Below are positions 11,190 to 23,165 of a stretch of DNA of 37,419 bases, piece after piece. A program made the translations under genes and the position numbers. The notes beneath the pieces are model-generated. The model did not search any database. It had not been told where the DNA came from and saw nothing but the letters and a program-made list of their open reading frames with translations. Origin of the DNA: Bigelowiella natans CCMP2755. Lineage: Eukaryota > Protista > Cercozoa. Positions within the stretch are counted from its first letter, which is position 1. Each line of letters starts with the position of its first letter. The DNA lies in contig ADNK01001436.1 in assembly GCA_000320545.1 (NCBI GenBank), positions 1 through 37,419 on the forward strand. Direction: 5' to 3'.

Positions 11190-11278
11190 ATAGACACACG
11201 TATATATAATATATATAATATATATGATATACACGTATATATAATATATATAATATATATGATATATACTTTGTCTAT
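11190..11278. repeat. ATAGACA...TGTCTAT inverted-repeat-bounded AT-rich module (copy 1)
   Basis: 7-bp inverted ends around a duplicated TA-rich core; similar modules at 29781-29873 and 29942-30029. Confidence 0.6.
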
Positions 11279-11610
11279 TGTACTGTAGTAGCTATGTACA
11301 CTGAACACACATTAATGAAATGTGCATACACACTATAGTACGCTCATTAATGCTATCTTTTTAGATGTAGGCATTTCATTTGATGGATGCGCTTGAAATA
11401 TATGTATAGCATCCAAAAACAGCCATGCAAGTTTAGCACATTTGCTTATAGCCAAGACTAAATGAATGCAAATTTTAATTAGTATATTTCAGTTTGGATC
11501 TATATTGACAAAGAAATAATTTACTATCACTGCTGTATGTGGATAAAGACCACACATGAAATCATGATGCTATGTATGGCCTAATTAGTACAGTTTCATT
11601 CTACTCCCAT

Positions 11611-12266
11611 TCACCTCCTGACCATCCAGTTAAAACCTTCATATAGTTCATCGATACACTGCGTACAGGTGTCTTGAACGGAGTATCTTTTTCTGGGCTA
11701 CTTCAATTCTAGGTTTTTACTAACTTCTTTTGGCTTCAGATCTCGCGGAAGGTCCTCGCTTTTTGGCAAAAAAACAAGGACATATGCATTTCGGAGCTTA
11801 TATATTTTCGAGCATTTTATCCCACCCAACCTTAGACTCTCGCAAGAATTACTCATCAATCGAATATATCACAAACATGAAGCTTCCCGCGTTTTGTAGT
11901 GATGGCGCAATCTCTTGTTGTCCACTAACATTCCACATTGTTATGTTGATATTGTTGTATTTAATAGCGTTTGTGTTTTCCTTTATTGTCGTCACCACTT
12001 CAACAAAATCTAGCTTGCAAAGCACAGTCTAAGATTAACATTAAGCACATGATAGGAGTGACTTCTATAAAGTAAGAACCTCTAGTACGTCACAAGTTAG
12101 CACGTTTGGAAATGAGGAGACAAGCATCAACATCTAGAAAGTTAAAATCAAATTGCTAGGCTGGACCTACCGTACCATTTCATAGCTGCGTCGGGACCAA
12201 GGATTAGAATTTTCACAACTGATTCCTGGACAACTTGTTCTAGATGTTGCTTCTTGTTTGCCCCAT
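11611..12266 (-). pseudogene. ADP-ribosylation factor (Arf-family GTPase) pseudogene
   Basis: Minus strand reads MGQTRSNI*NKL../KILILGPDAAMK|intron|TVLCKL..EVVTTI...YNNINITMWNVSGQQEI...FVIYSIDE*...KML../KLRNAYVLVF..SEDLP...K*..YSVQDTC...ELYEGFNWM. This is collinear with Arf1 (ILMVGLDAAGKT, WDVGGQ, LLVFANKQDLP, GLYEGLDW) but has stops, frameshifts and destroyed G motifs. Confidence 0.85.
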
Positions 12267-12317
12267 GCTTTCGGATCGCAGCTGGGCGAGCACAAGATGC
12301 TGCCGACGCATTTCTAC

Positions 12318-12655
12318 GGAAACCTAGGAAATCAGGAAATCCTGAAATCCTAGGAAATCCTACGAAATGCAGCTCTTTTTCTCGATTTTGTGTCGTGTCT
12401 CGGCATATTTTTCGAGTCTCCTTCGCAGCATCACGATTGGTCATACGAGCTTAAATTCGTCTGGAATCAAAGCCTCCGACAAATGCAACGGTGGAAATCC
12501 TAATGAAATACCGTGTCCGGTGAATTTGAGCGCTTGTTCCCTCAGCGACTTGGAGCACACAGTGTTGGATTAGAGAAATTCATCAAATCCCAGGAAATAA
12601 TCCTAGGAATTGGAAATCCGGGAAATCAGGAAATCTTCCCATAAATTATAAAAGG
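12318..12655. promoter_or_regulatory. GGAAATCC-type motif clusters plus TATA-like element in the divergent spacer upstream of the HECT gene
   Basis: Tandem near-copies of (G)GAAATCC(TA) at 12318-12370, ~12493 and 12585-12640, followed by ATAAATTATAAAA at 12641-12653. The function is inferred. Confidence 0.45.
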
Positions 12656-12898
12656 CATATTACTGTGTTGCGTCGCGAAAAGGCTTGTCGGTTCCAGAAA
12701 TCCGACGACAACCCATGAAGAATTTAAACCAGGTGCCGACTACAAAACAGGTTTCCATTGCGATTTCGGAATCGGATTTTCTTTCTGCAGATCTTCAGAT
12801 TTACAAGGTAGAGACAAGGCTCAATTCTTGTCGTAAGTTCTAAAAATGGTCAACTTCTTCTGGGCATTATGTCGCAGGATAGAAATCCATGGTGAAAC

Positions 12899-15800
12899 AT
12901 GTGCGATCTGGCCGAGTTTCGGGAGAAAAAAGAGAAGAACATCATCACAAAGGGATTGATTCCCCGACTTGCCAAAAGTGTCAACTACCCTAACAGGGAG
13001 GGTAGGAGGAAGCCCTTTTGCCCCTCTTCAAAAATTCCTCTCAATCCAAACACCCCTTTCCTTCTCATTTCGAACACAGCATTTCTTCTCAGGCGTACGC
13101 TGGTAAAGTTTTGGCTACTTTTTTGGAAGGAGGTTTCAATAGCGGTGTGCGGAAAATTTCGCGAGGAGGGAGCGAAGAGCTGATTCCTTCTAGGAAAGAG
13201 CTCTTTAAACATCATGGATAGGATTATGTTGTCTCTCCGTTCGGAAGAGAGATCTACGCAGCTTCTCGCGGTCTCGGAACTGTGTGAAATCCTGAGCTTA
13301 GCTTCGGTATTCTTATCTCCGAAGTTACTTTCTAACCTTCTACGTACTTCGTGCCGTTCCGAATTTTTCATATCATCTACACAGGAGGACCTGCTCCAAT
13401 CATTTTCCCCGCAAGAAATCACGCGCTCCATCACAGAAGTGCTAGCTGACCAAAAAACAAGCCCAGACGTGAAATGTACGGAAAAACGCCACACGAAAGC
13501 AGTTTGATTTCCTGTATACCTGAGAAGTGAATAGTGCGTCTGAATCTTCAATTGTTTGATTTTATGCGGTCAGTGATTGCGATAAGATGTTTGAACAATC
13601 TTATGGCCGCGCTTCCTTCGTCGGCGACTATTGTAGCCACAGCAAGCGTCGTAACCTCTTTGTGTGGTAAGCAACCTTACTCTATCACTTTTATTGAAAA
13701 CGTGATATATCACTAACTTCCAAATTTCTCAGAAAACGTGAGGACCATCTGCTATATTGATGTGGCTGAAGAGGCCTTAATCGTAATTAATTCAACCACC
13801 TACCTCCCTGGATAGAATTTTAGAAGTTTAAACATTCCTTTACGATCTTAAATTAGGCGTTGGGGAAAATATCACAGGCGAATCCAACAGGTGTCATCGA
13901 GGAGGTAGTTGCACTAAAGTCGCGTAGCAAGAAGTATTAGGTCTAAGATGAAGATGTGCCCCTTTTCCACCTTATCATCACACAGGGCGGACTGTCTGCA
14001 ATCATGACGAACCTTCCATTCTTCCCCATCCGGGTTAAGAAATAATTACAACATCTAATCTGGATAGGTCTGACTCCGTATGTGTGGTTTGTGCTTTATT
14101 TCCCAGGTTCAAAGATCTGCGATGGAAACGGCGGGTATGTTGTTTGGAAGTTTTGAGTGAAGGATAACCAAATTATATTGTTCGGAAGCACTGAGAACCT
14201 CGATTATCAAGTCTATGGCCTGATGCAGAGCTACATGTTTTCGTGATTGAAAGGGGTCTCATGTCACAATAAAAAATATAACCTGATTTACTTCTATGGA
14301 AGTGGATCAAGCATGAATTTAGAATTATTAATTTCTGTAATTTCAGCTGAGCTCATGGAGAAGGCTTCCCTGCACCCAAGTATGGGGATCGAATGCCTTC
14401 CAAGGGTAAGATTAATCCGCTCGTGCAGCCATTTCTTTCACTTATTTTTCCATAGTGGACGTGAACATACGCCATTTCTGCTATCCTCCGTCATTCACTT
14501 AAGGCTAAAATCGTTTTTAATTAGATCGGGGATCGCCTCGAGCCGTATACAGATTCTAAAGTGCGTGCCCTTGCTGTACGGATGTTTGCCTCTGCAACAA
14601 GGACACTAGCAGGAAACCCCGGTAAAACTTAATCTTGAAGTCATGATCACTTCTCCGCCTTAGCTTCTAGATGTAGGATTCGAAAAATGACTCAATTTGC
14701 TTCCAGGATTCATCGATTTAATGCTGAGTAGTAAGTTGCGGATGCTGCCGAAGCTTTTCAGGATCCTTTCTGACTCTTGCACACAACCCGACTGGACTCC
14801 AAAACCGTCAGACGAAAATGTCGTGCGCCAAATACTACGCTCCCTCGCAATGCTGTCCCGGAGCTCCAAAGAATTTTTCGAGCAAGTCATGAGGATTCCT
14901 ATCCCGATGATTGATGTTAAAGAAGAGGAAAGCGAGGAAGGAAAGCACCCTCCACCTATTGCAAGAATGGTAACAACGTAAGCCGACACCGTTTTCTTTG
15001 TATTTACTTAAATACTGCTGCCACTGTCGTTCCACAGGTGCATAATATCATCTTGAAGAAGCGAAGAAAGTCAAAAAACGATGCTGTTGGAGTCTCTACT
15101 CCTTCCTCAGCAACCGGTTTCTCCTCTCTGTCTACCTCGATGACCATCGACTGCCTATCGCTCGCTGTCGCACTATGCCCTGAGAAGTACTCTTTCCGCT
15201 TCACATTGGACAAATCTACTAAATGCAATACTACTAAGTCTACAGCAGCGACTTCCACGGTTGTCATCAATCCAAAGTCTGAGTCTCGAAGAAGAAAGAG
15301 AGGCACGCCTTCCCGACCTAATAGTAGGAGGGCCAAAGTTGCTATGAGGAATCCATCAGTAGTGGTTATCGAGACGTCTGAAAAGGAAGAGCTGCAGTCA
15401 AAAACAATGGTTATTGTACGTGAGCTATTTCCCGTCTTCGTCACTGTTGGTAGCGTCTGTGAGTACGAGGTTATTAGGGAACTATGCATAAGTGGAATCT
15501 CTTGCCTCTTGGGCGTCCTAAAGAAAAAAAGGTTGGGAGCTGCGGCATGCTCTTCCTCCAAAGTTCAAGTGATCGGTGATGGCGGTGAGCAGCTTGATGA
15601 CGACAGGAACTCCGACTACCTGCACGACTTTCCTCAATTCACAATTGAACTGCTGCGCTCAGGAAAGACATCCCAGGTTGTTCATGGGTTGACCATGGCA
15701 GATCAGCTGCTGGAGTCTCAGGAAGCGACCCCTTCAGTTATAAGAAAATTCGCTCGCGAGGGGGTTTTTTCCCTTATAAGAAATATGGCAAAGCTGCTCA

Positions 15801-16578
15801 CAACCCCATCCTCCCAAACTTCCTCTTGCCCTGAGAAGAAGAAGAGGAAAAAGAAGAAGAGGAGAAAGATAACGACAACAACGGCATCCGGCAAGCGATC
15901 AATAGATGAGAATATCTCTGAGCCCTCCTCTTACTTCTTCGTAGAATCCAAAATCCCTGAGTCTGTTGCTAGAAAGGCAGGCAATGTCCTATGGAAATGG
16001 GAAAAACGGTTACTACTGATGGCGTCGGAGGAAAAGGAGAATCAACATCTTCAAAACCTCGTCACCCAACTCGAGCGACTCATCGTTTCGACAAATATTA
16101 CAGACAAGAGAAAGGAACTGCGGAAGACGAAGATCAACAAACCTACAGACAAGGGAGGGGAGCAGACGTTACAAACGGAGCTTAGAATTGGAGCCTATGA
16201 TGCTGATAGGGAAGTGCTGAGAAAATTAGCAGAGATCTTGCAGCCTAATCGTATCACAACTTTTGAGCTGCTTTCAAGTGGCATTGTTCCTACCCTTTGC
16301 CGTTACCTTGGAGCGGATTCTCCATCTATTCCGCCAACCTTTGACTGCATGAGGAGTATCAAGGACGAAAATCATGTTTGTGATAATAATGATGCGCTCA
16401 ATTACCGTTTGGACGCGGCGTTGTTGCTACGGCGAGCTGCAGCATTGGATACGATTCTACTTTCTGCAGCCGGAGGGGGGACGGCACAAGGAAAGAAATT
16501 CGGATCACCAATCCATATAATTATTGATGACTCTGATCGGAAAAACAAAAGTTTGTCAGGTTCAAGCAAAGAGCATCC

Positions 16579-16612
<34 letters not shown>

Positions 16613-19600
16613 ACACCTGCGTTGATTGCGTGTCTCCTTCGGGCCTTGGACGCCACGGAGCGCTTTCGACTACGCGTGGACAGAGAAAGTGTCTTCCATC
16701 CGTTTGATACAGTTGCATCGTTCATGCGACCAGTGCGTTTGAAAATCTCCCTGGAAGATGATGACAAGCAGACTGCTCTGCCCGAGGAGGTTGGCACCGA
16801 GAACAAAAGCACCGTTTCCTCTGCGAAAAAGTACAGGAAAAAAGGCGGTCGAAGCTCTCGGCTGAGGTCGCTCTTGAAGGCTTCGTCTTCTTCTCCTGCA
16901 ACATCATCTCGGAGCCTGCCCATGGATAGCAAAAACAGCAGCCGCCTTCATCGCCATCATCGTATAGCTGATGATGGAAGTAGCAGCAGCGGTAGTAACG
17001 GTGTAGTATCCGGGATATTTGCTGTGGATCCATTGACTACCATCGAGATAATAACCAATTTTCTCGGACGCCAACATCCGGATTTGCTGCTTCCAACTGA
17101 GAAATCCATGAACAAGTACTTCTCTGCCGCAGCTACTAAAGACAGAAAAGTACCCTCGGCGGTTGGTGGTAGAGATGATCCCAATTCGCCACAAATACGC
17201 CAAACCCATCATCGTCGCCGCCAGCACTCAAGCAGCACAAGCATCAACTGTAGCTCAAGTAGTAGTAGCAGTAGCAGCTATACAAAGGTGCGAGGAAGTT
17301 TGATCAGGGGCACTTCTTCTTCTCGAAGTATCGCTCCTGCAGAGTGTCGACAGGTTAAAAAGCAGAACAATAGCAAGAAGAAGAGGGCTCTGGTCAGAAA
17401 AGCTCCTACAAAGCGAAAGCGACTAGAGACTAGCACGGCCAACAATGAATCGAAGGAGGAAGCAGGTGCTTCGGCTATTTATGTAGAAGGAACAACAGCA
17501 GCACCAAAACTACGTGCTACCCACCTCCAAATGAAAACAGCATTCACACGCTCGGGTCGTCAGTTCCGACCGTCACTCGCATCAGGAAAGAGTCCTTTCC
17601 CTGCTGCTACTATATACGATGATGTTAGTACTCCTGTTGCTGTTGCTGGTGTCCTTGAATCATCATTCTCTGCTCCCAAAGGCAAGACGAATAGAAGAAA
17701 GCTGAAAAGGAAACGAGAAAATTTAGACGTGACAACAACTGCAGGTGGTACCATAAGTTTACCACCAAGTATGCGAAAGCAGTACGAAGTTCCTAAGACA
17801 AGGGCGCGAAATAAACTTCTGGGAAGTATAACGCCTGGAGACGGAGGCGGAAGCGGCAAGAACGACCCCCTATTGCCTCTTTCAGCAGCTTGCTCCAGCA
17901 TCAGGGACGAGATGCAACGAGCTGTGGAGTTTGCAAAAGGGAGGCGGATTGAGATGACTATGAACGGCAAGATTCTTGACCCAAAGCTGTCCGTGTATGA
18001 AGCCATCCATTTGCATACCCCGGCTCCATGCCGCGGGCAAACCGCTACTACTACTACTACTGCTACTACTACCACCAACAATAAGAGTAATATGCAGGAG
18101 GATCAAGGTGAAGACGCTACTACTGCGATGATCGAGGTGGTTGACACAAGCAAGGTTTGGGAAATGGTGCATGACATTAAATATCGCGTGATTCTTCCCA
18201 ATGAAGAAGGCAAGGGTGAAGGAGAAGAACTAGATTCATCATCCCTACCACCACCACCAACAGCAGGAGAATATTCAAAGAAGCTGCCGACATCTTCCGA
18301 CACTGTGAATCAGCTGCTGCTCCTGCTGCGAGTACTCCACGATGTTGCAGTATCTCGTGACAAAATACTAGAATACCGCCAGATCATGATCCACGCGGAG
18401 AAGGCAGCCGACGCTGGCGTCGGGAATGCTCAGGATTCATCTAAACGAAAATCGGTCACAGCTTCCTTCGACGTAGGGGACGTTCTCCCATCTCCTGCCA
18501 GCATCGAATATCATCATCAACGGCTCAGGGAGGAGGAGGGAATAAGTCCCACACCTGCACAATGGTGCGCCAAATCCTCGAGAATCAGCAAGAAATTCAT
18601 TCGCCAGATCACAGACCCGTTGATCCTGTGCTCTTCGTCTCCGTTCAGAAGGGTCGGCAGCAGTCCAAATCTTGGCATCCCGCATTGGGCGCATTGGCTT
18701 GCTCGAAATACTCCTTTCATCCTGTCTCCCGCATCTCGGCACCTTTACTTCCGCCTCACTGGGTTCTCTCACACCAAGCATCTTCAGCATGTCAACTCCT
18801 ACCTCGTCCGGGAGCACAAGAGGGACGAGGGGGGTTCCTCTTCAACAATGCCATCATCATCCTTGCGATCTGCAGCACGTGCAGCATCTGGCAGCGGTGG
18901 AGTGGTGCTTTCGACAGCTACTTCTTCCTCCTCCTCCTCCTCCTCCTCGTCGTTGCCCGTACGAAACACATTGGCCAGTGAGTATCGTTTTATGAAGCAG
19001 ATAAAAGTATTTACTACACGTGCCAATGTATTAGAGGCGGCATGCCAGCTCCTCGAGCATCATGCTTCTGACCGATGCAATATCCGCGCGGAGTTTATCG
19101 GAGAGAAGGGTGTCGGCCTTGGACCCACGATGGAATTCTTCGCGCTGGCCTCTAGAGAACTTCAACGGAAGAATCTGAATCTATGGTATGACCTTTCCGA
19201 TCAGGCACAACGGGAGGAGGAGGAGGTCGTGGTGGTGGGGGACGGTGATTCGTCGTCACGACAGACCACGCCGAGAGATAAACAGCATAGTAAAAGTCAT
19301 TGTGGTGGTGGTGTTGGTGAGGAGGGGGAGGAGGGGGAGCGTGATGCTGGGTTCCATTTTGCCGTCTTTCGGTGCAAGAACTGCTCATATGTTTCGCTGC
19401 CCTCATGTCCGCGCCATGGATGCCTCCTCACAACGCTCCTTAAGAATGGTCAGTGGAAATGTTCTGTGAAGAACTGCCAGACAAGTATCTCCTCGTCTTC
19501 TCTGGGGAATAAGGGAGAGGAGAAGAGGAGGAGGAGGACGACGACGAAGAGAAGTAGCATAAGCAACGGTTCCTCCTCCTCCTCCTCCTCCTCCTCCTCC

Positions 19601-22500
19601 TCTTCCTCCTCCTCCTCCCTGTCCTTCTCTCCCTCTGAAAAGGGAGATCAAAAGGGTGAGGATGTGGAGTCCATCGGGGTATTGTTAATGGAAGAGGAGG
19701 AGGATAATGCGTCCGACAGTAAGGAACAAGGCAAACTGCTACATGATTCCATGATGCAGCAGCAGCTGCAAACCCACAGCAAGAAGGGAGGAGGAGGAGG
19801 AGGAGGAGGAGGAGGAGGAGGAGTTCTCAGCAACGGAGAAAACCATCGGAAATTAGAGGGGGCAGTAAGCTGCTGTCCGCTTTGTTATCATCGACAAAAA
19901 GAGCGTATGGAGATAGAAGAATGGGGACTGACAAAGAAGGAGTGCAAATATCTGAATGACTCGTACCCGAAGGGGGTATCTGTATTTCCGCACGTCGCTC
20001 TCAAGTGCTGCTCTTGCTCCGGCATCAATTTTCCAGGAAATAAGGATGTTCTTCATGCGAACGTAGGGGGAAAGCTGCTGTCTCAGGAAAGGACTTTCGT
20101 CTCCCCGAAGTTGTATCGAGAAGTGTTCTCTCACTTCCGAAGATGTTGCATTGGATCTGCTCTACAAACCTGTCCGATTATCCTCCGGGAATCCTTCGTC
20201 CGATCGCTTCAAAGCTGTTACACTGAGAGTGCCAAAAGGATCTTCCGTAAACACACAGAAGAAGAAGAAGAAAAGGAAGAAGAAAAGGAAGAAGACGATG
20301 ATGCAGAAGAGAACGAGGAGGGGGTGGTGCATAGAATGGTGAGTATGGATACAGCCGAAGAGGAGAAAAAGAGGAAGAAGGGGAAGAAGAAGAAGAAGAA
20401 AAAGAAGAGGAAGAAGAAGATGAAATTGAGCAAAAGCAAACGAATGCGTGACTTTTCCACCGGACAAACAACGCTGTTTGAAGGTCCAACGAAACAGAAA
20501 AACGATCGCAGCGATGCCAGAAGTCACGACTACGACAGCAGCAGCAGCAGCAGCAACAACAATAACGCCGAGGAGTCCTCTTCCTCTTCCTCCTCCCAAT
20601 ACATGTATCATCCACACGGGCTATTTCCACGGCCGCAAGATCCGTGTGATATTGGCCCTCTTTTGTTCTCGCTAAACAACCGGTGGGTAGGGTAGCTAGG
20701 TAGGGTTACGGTAGGATAGGGTAGGGTAGGGTAGGGAGGTGGATAAGGTGAGTGGGTAGGTGGGAAGCAAGCTTCTTGGGCCAAATCAATGATGATAATG
20801 ATATCAATAGTAATAATGATACAGACAAAGGTCACCCACTTAAGCTCTCCCATCACCAACCAACCAACCAACCAACCAATTATCTATCCATCTATCCATC
20901 CATCACCACAGTAGCAGTTTTAAAAGTCTTAACCTTAATACTCGCAAACACTAATTATATTTATGCTCTAACTCCTCCTCCTCCTCCTCTTCATCTTCCT
21001 TAGGCGGCAGATCTCTCACGGGGCAGGAGGTGTGGCATCTATCGGTAGCTGTAGCGGTGGCGACTGTAGCACTAGTGGTCCCTCATTCCGATCACCTCTC
21101 TCTCTCTTCAAGAACGCAGGCAGGCTCCTTGGCCAGGTAAAACTCTTTCAATGACACACGATATAGTAGCGACGACCATGCTCTTGAGCTGCTATCGTAT
21201 CTGCTGCTACACCAACACGTAGAATAATGAAAGAGACGCGTCCTTTTGTACGCGCCTGCGTGTGCTTATGTTTTTGTGCGTGGCGTTGGTTTTGTCCAGG
21301 CCATCATTGAAGGGCGAACCCTGGACATCGACATCTCCCCAGCCCTCCTGGAGCACTTGTAACAATAACGATAATGATATTAATTATATTAATACTAATA
21401 TGGCAGGATATGCATCCTCCTCTCCTTCTTGAAGCATGAGCAATATGATGGCTACTATGATGAAATATGGCGTATGAAGGAGGAAGGAGTTCTGCTGCAT
21501 GATGCTTCTGTTTTATCGTTGCAAGAAAGCTGGTGATGATGGGAGAAGAGAATCCCTGCCTTCATCTTCGCTTCGTGATTTTGCTGCTGCCTGCCTGTCT
21601 CCGAACTTGCTCATTTTCTCCTCCTCCTCCTCCTCCTCTTCCTCCCCCATGTGCGTTGTTTTGTGGATGATACCTCGTACTGCTTGAGGCTATGGACATG
21701 CTACTGTGTAACTATTGACATAGTATATTGTTCTATGCGTGCTGATGACTGACTGACTGACTGACTGCCTGACTGGTGGTGGTGGTGGTGGTGGTGGTTG
21801 GCGAAAACAGAGGTGCTGGAAGAACTCAAGAAGACCATCTGCACTATATCGACCCCGTTCTACACAAAAGCCTATCCAAGTAAGCACCACGAACACGGCC
21901 GTAGAGAGGGAGAATACCCAGGAGAATAGGGGAGGGACTAAGCCGAGGAGAAGAGGGAGGCAAAGCATGATCATAATCTTTATAAGTGTGAGATTCAATG
22001 AGTTTGGGTGATTGATGCAGTAACGAATGTACGCTGATTATCTCCCTCCCCCTATTCCTCTTTTCTCCTCTACTGCGTCACCACTAGGTTGTTCCGCCTG
22101 GCACGTGCAGTAAAGCATTACAAGGCCATCACCTCCACAATGGGGCTCAGGGTCGGAGAAGGAAAAGGAGGAGGGCGACGACGACAAAGGAGAGGGCCAT
22201 CAGCAGCAGCAGCAACGTCCGCAGCGAATTTGGAGAAGTTATTTACGATAGATGGTAAGATATTATTAGACGGGAATCATTGACACACTGATAATATCAA
22301 TGGAGAGATACTGTGTACGTGAAGCCATCGATTTTTTCCCATCCTTTTTTGTAATTGCCGTCTTTATCGCGAGGAGAAACGCATAGTCATCAATGTACTG
22401 AACACCGTCAACATTTGTTGGGAACAAATAACGAATAAATAGGATGTACGGTGGAAGATCTTTGCCTCACTTTCGTGGCCCCCTCGATGGGATCCAAACA

Positions 22501-22531
<31 letters not shown>

Positions 22532-23132
22532 ATTGTTGTTGTTGTAGTAGAAGAGGAAGGAAAGGAAGAATAGTGGAGAGCATAATAGAGGAAGCAGCCA
22601 ACGTGGCCACACGGCCAGGAGACTCTTGTATTTTGTGCTGCATCATCAAAAATTGTTTTCTGCAAGACAAAAGAGAAGGGTTTTGTCGTCATCGTTGTCC
22701 AGTCAGCCATCTCCTTCGAGACCTCCATAAAAATCGTCCTCTCGCAAACACATTCATTATCAATATAATTTTTATATTATTATCAGGGCCCCGTTGAGTT
22801 AGTTCCCGGGGGTATTGATGTTGCAGTGACAGTCCAAAACCTGGAATCTTATCTACAGAAAGGTAATAACAGGAGAGGAGAGGGCGAGAAGGAGGAGAGA
22901 ATGCATTATCTAGCAGAAATGATTCAAAGATGTAAAGAAAATAGACCGCCTCCACATACATCACCTTTTTGTAAATCATTTGTTTGATGTTGATTTTCTT
23001 TGTCCTTACTGCAACTTAAGCATTGTTATCCTCGTCGCCATCATCGTCATCATCATCATTGTTGTCTGTATGATGTGATACTCTTCTGGGTCTGTGCATC
23101 CATCGTTGCCTTTCCTCAAACGATGATATTAC

Positions 23133-23165
<33 letters not shown>

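Noticed and set aside
11611-12266. Functional link between the Arf pseudogene and the RP2 (ARL3 GAP) gene
   Set aside because: The relic resembles Arf1-type rather than ARL3 sequences, is non-functional, and lies ~19 kb away.
12318-12640. Possible CRISPR-like or satellite array
   Set aside because: Units are 8-10 bp and degenerate, without unique spacers, in a eukaryotic context.
15991-20630. Many antisense and alternate-frame ORFs overlapping the giant HECT exon
   Set aside because: By-products of trinucleotide repeats and the long sense ORF; no recognisable motifs.
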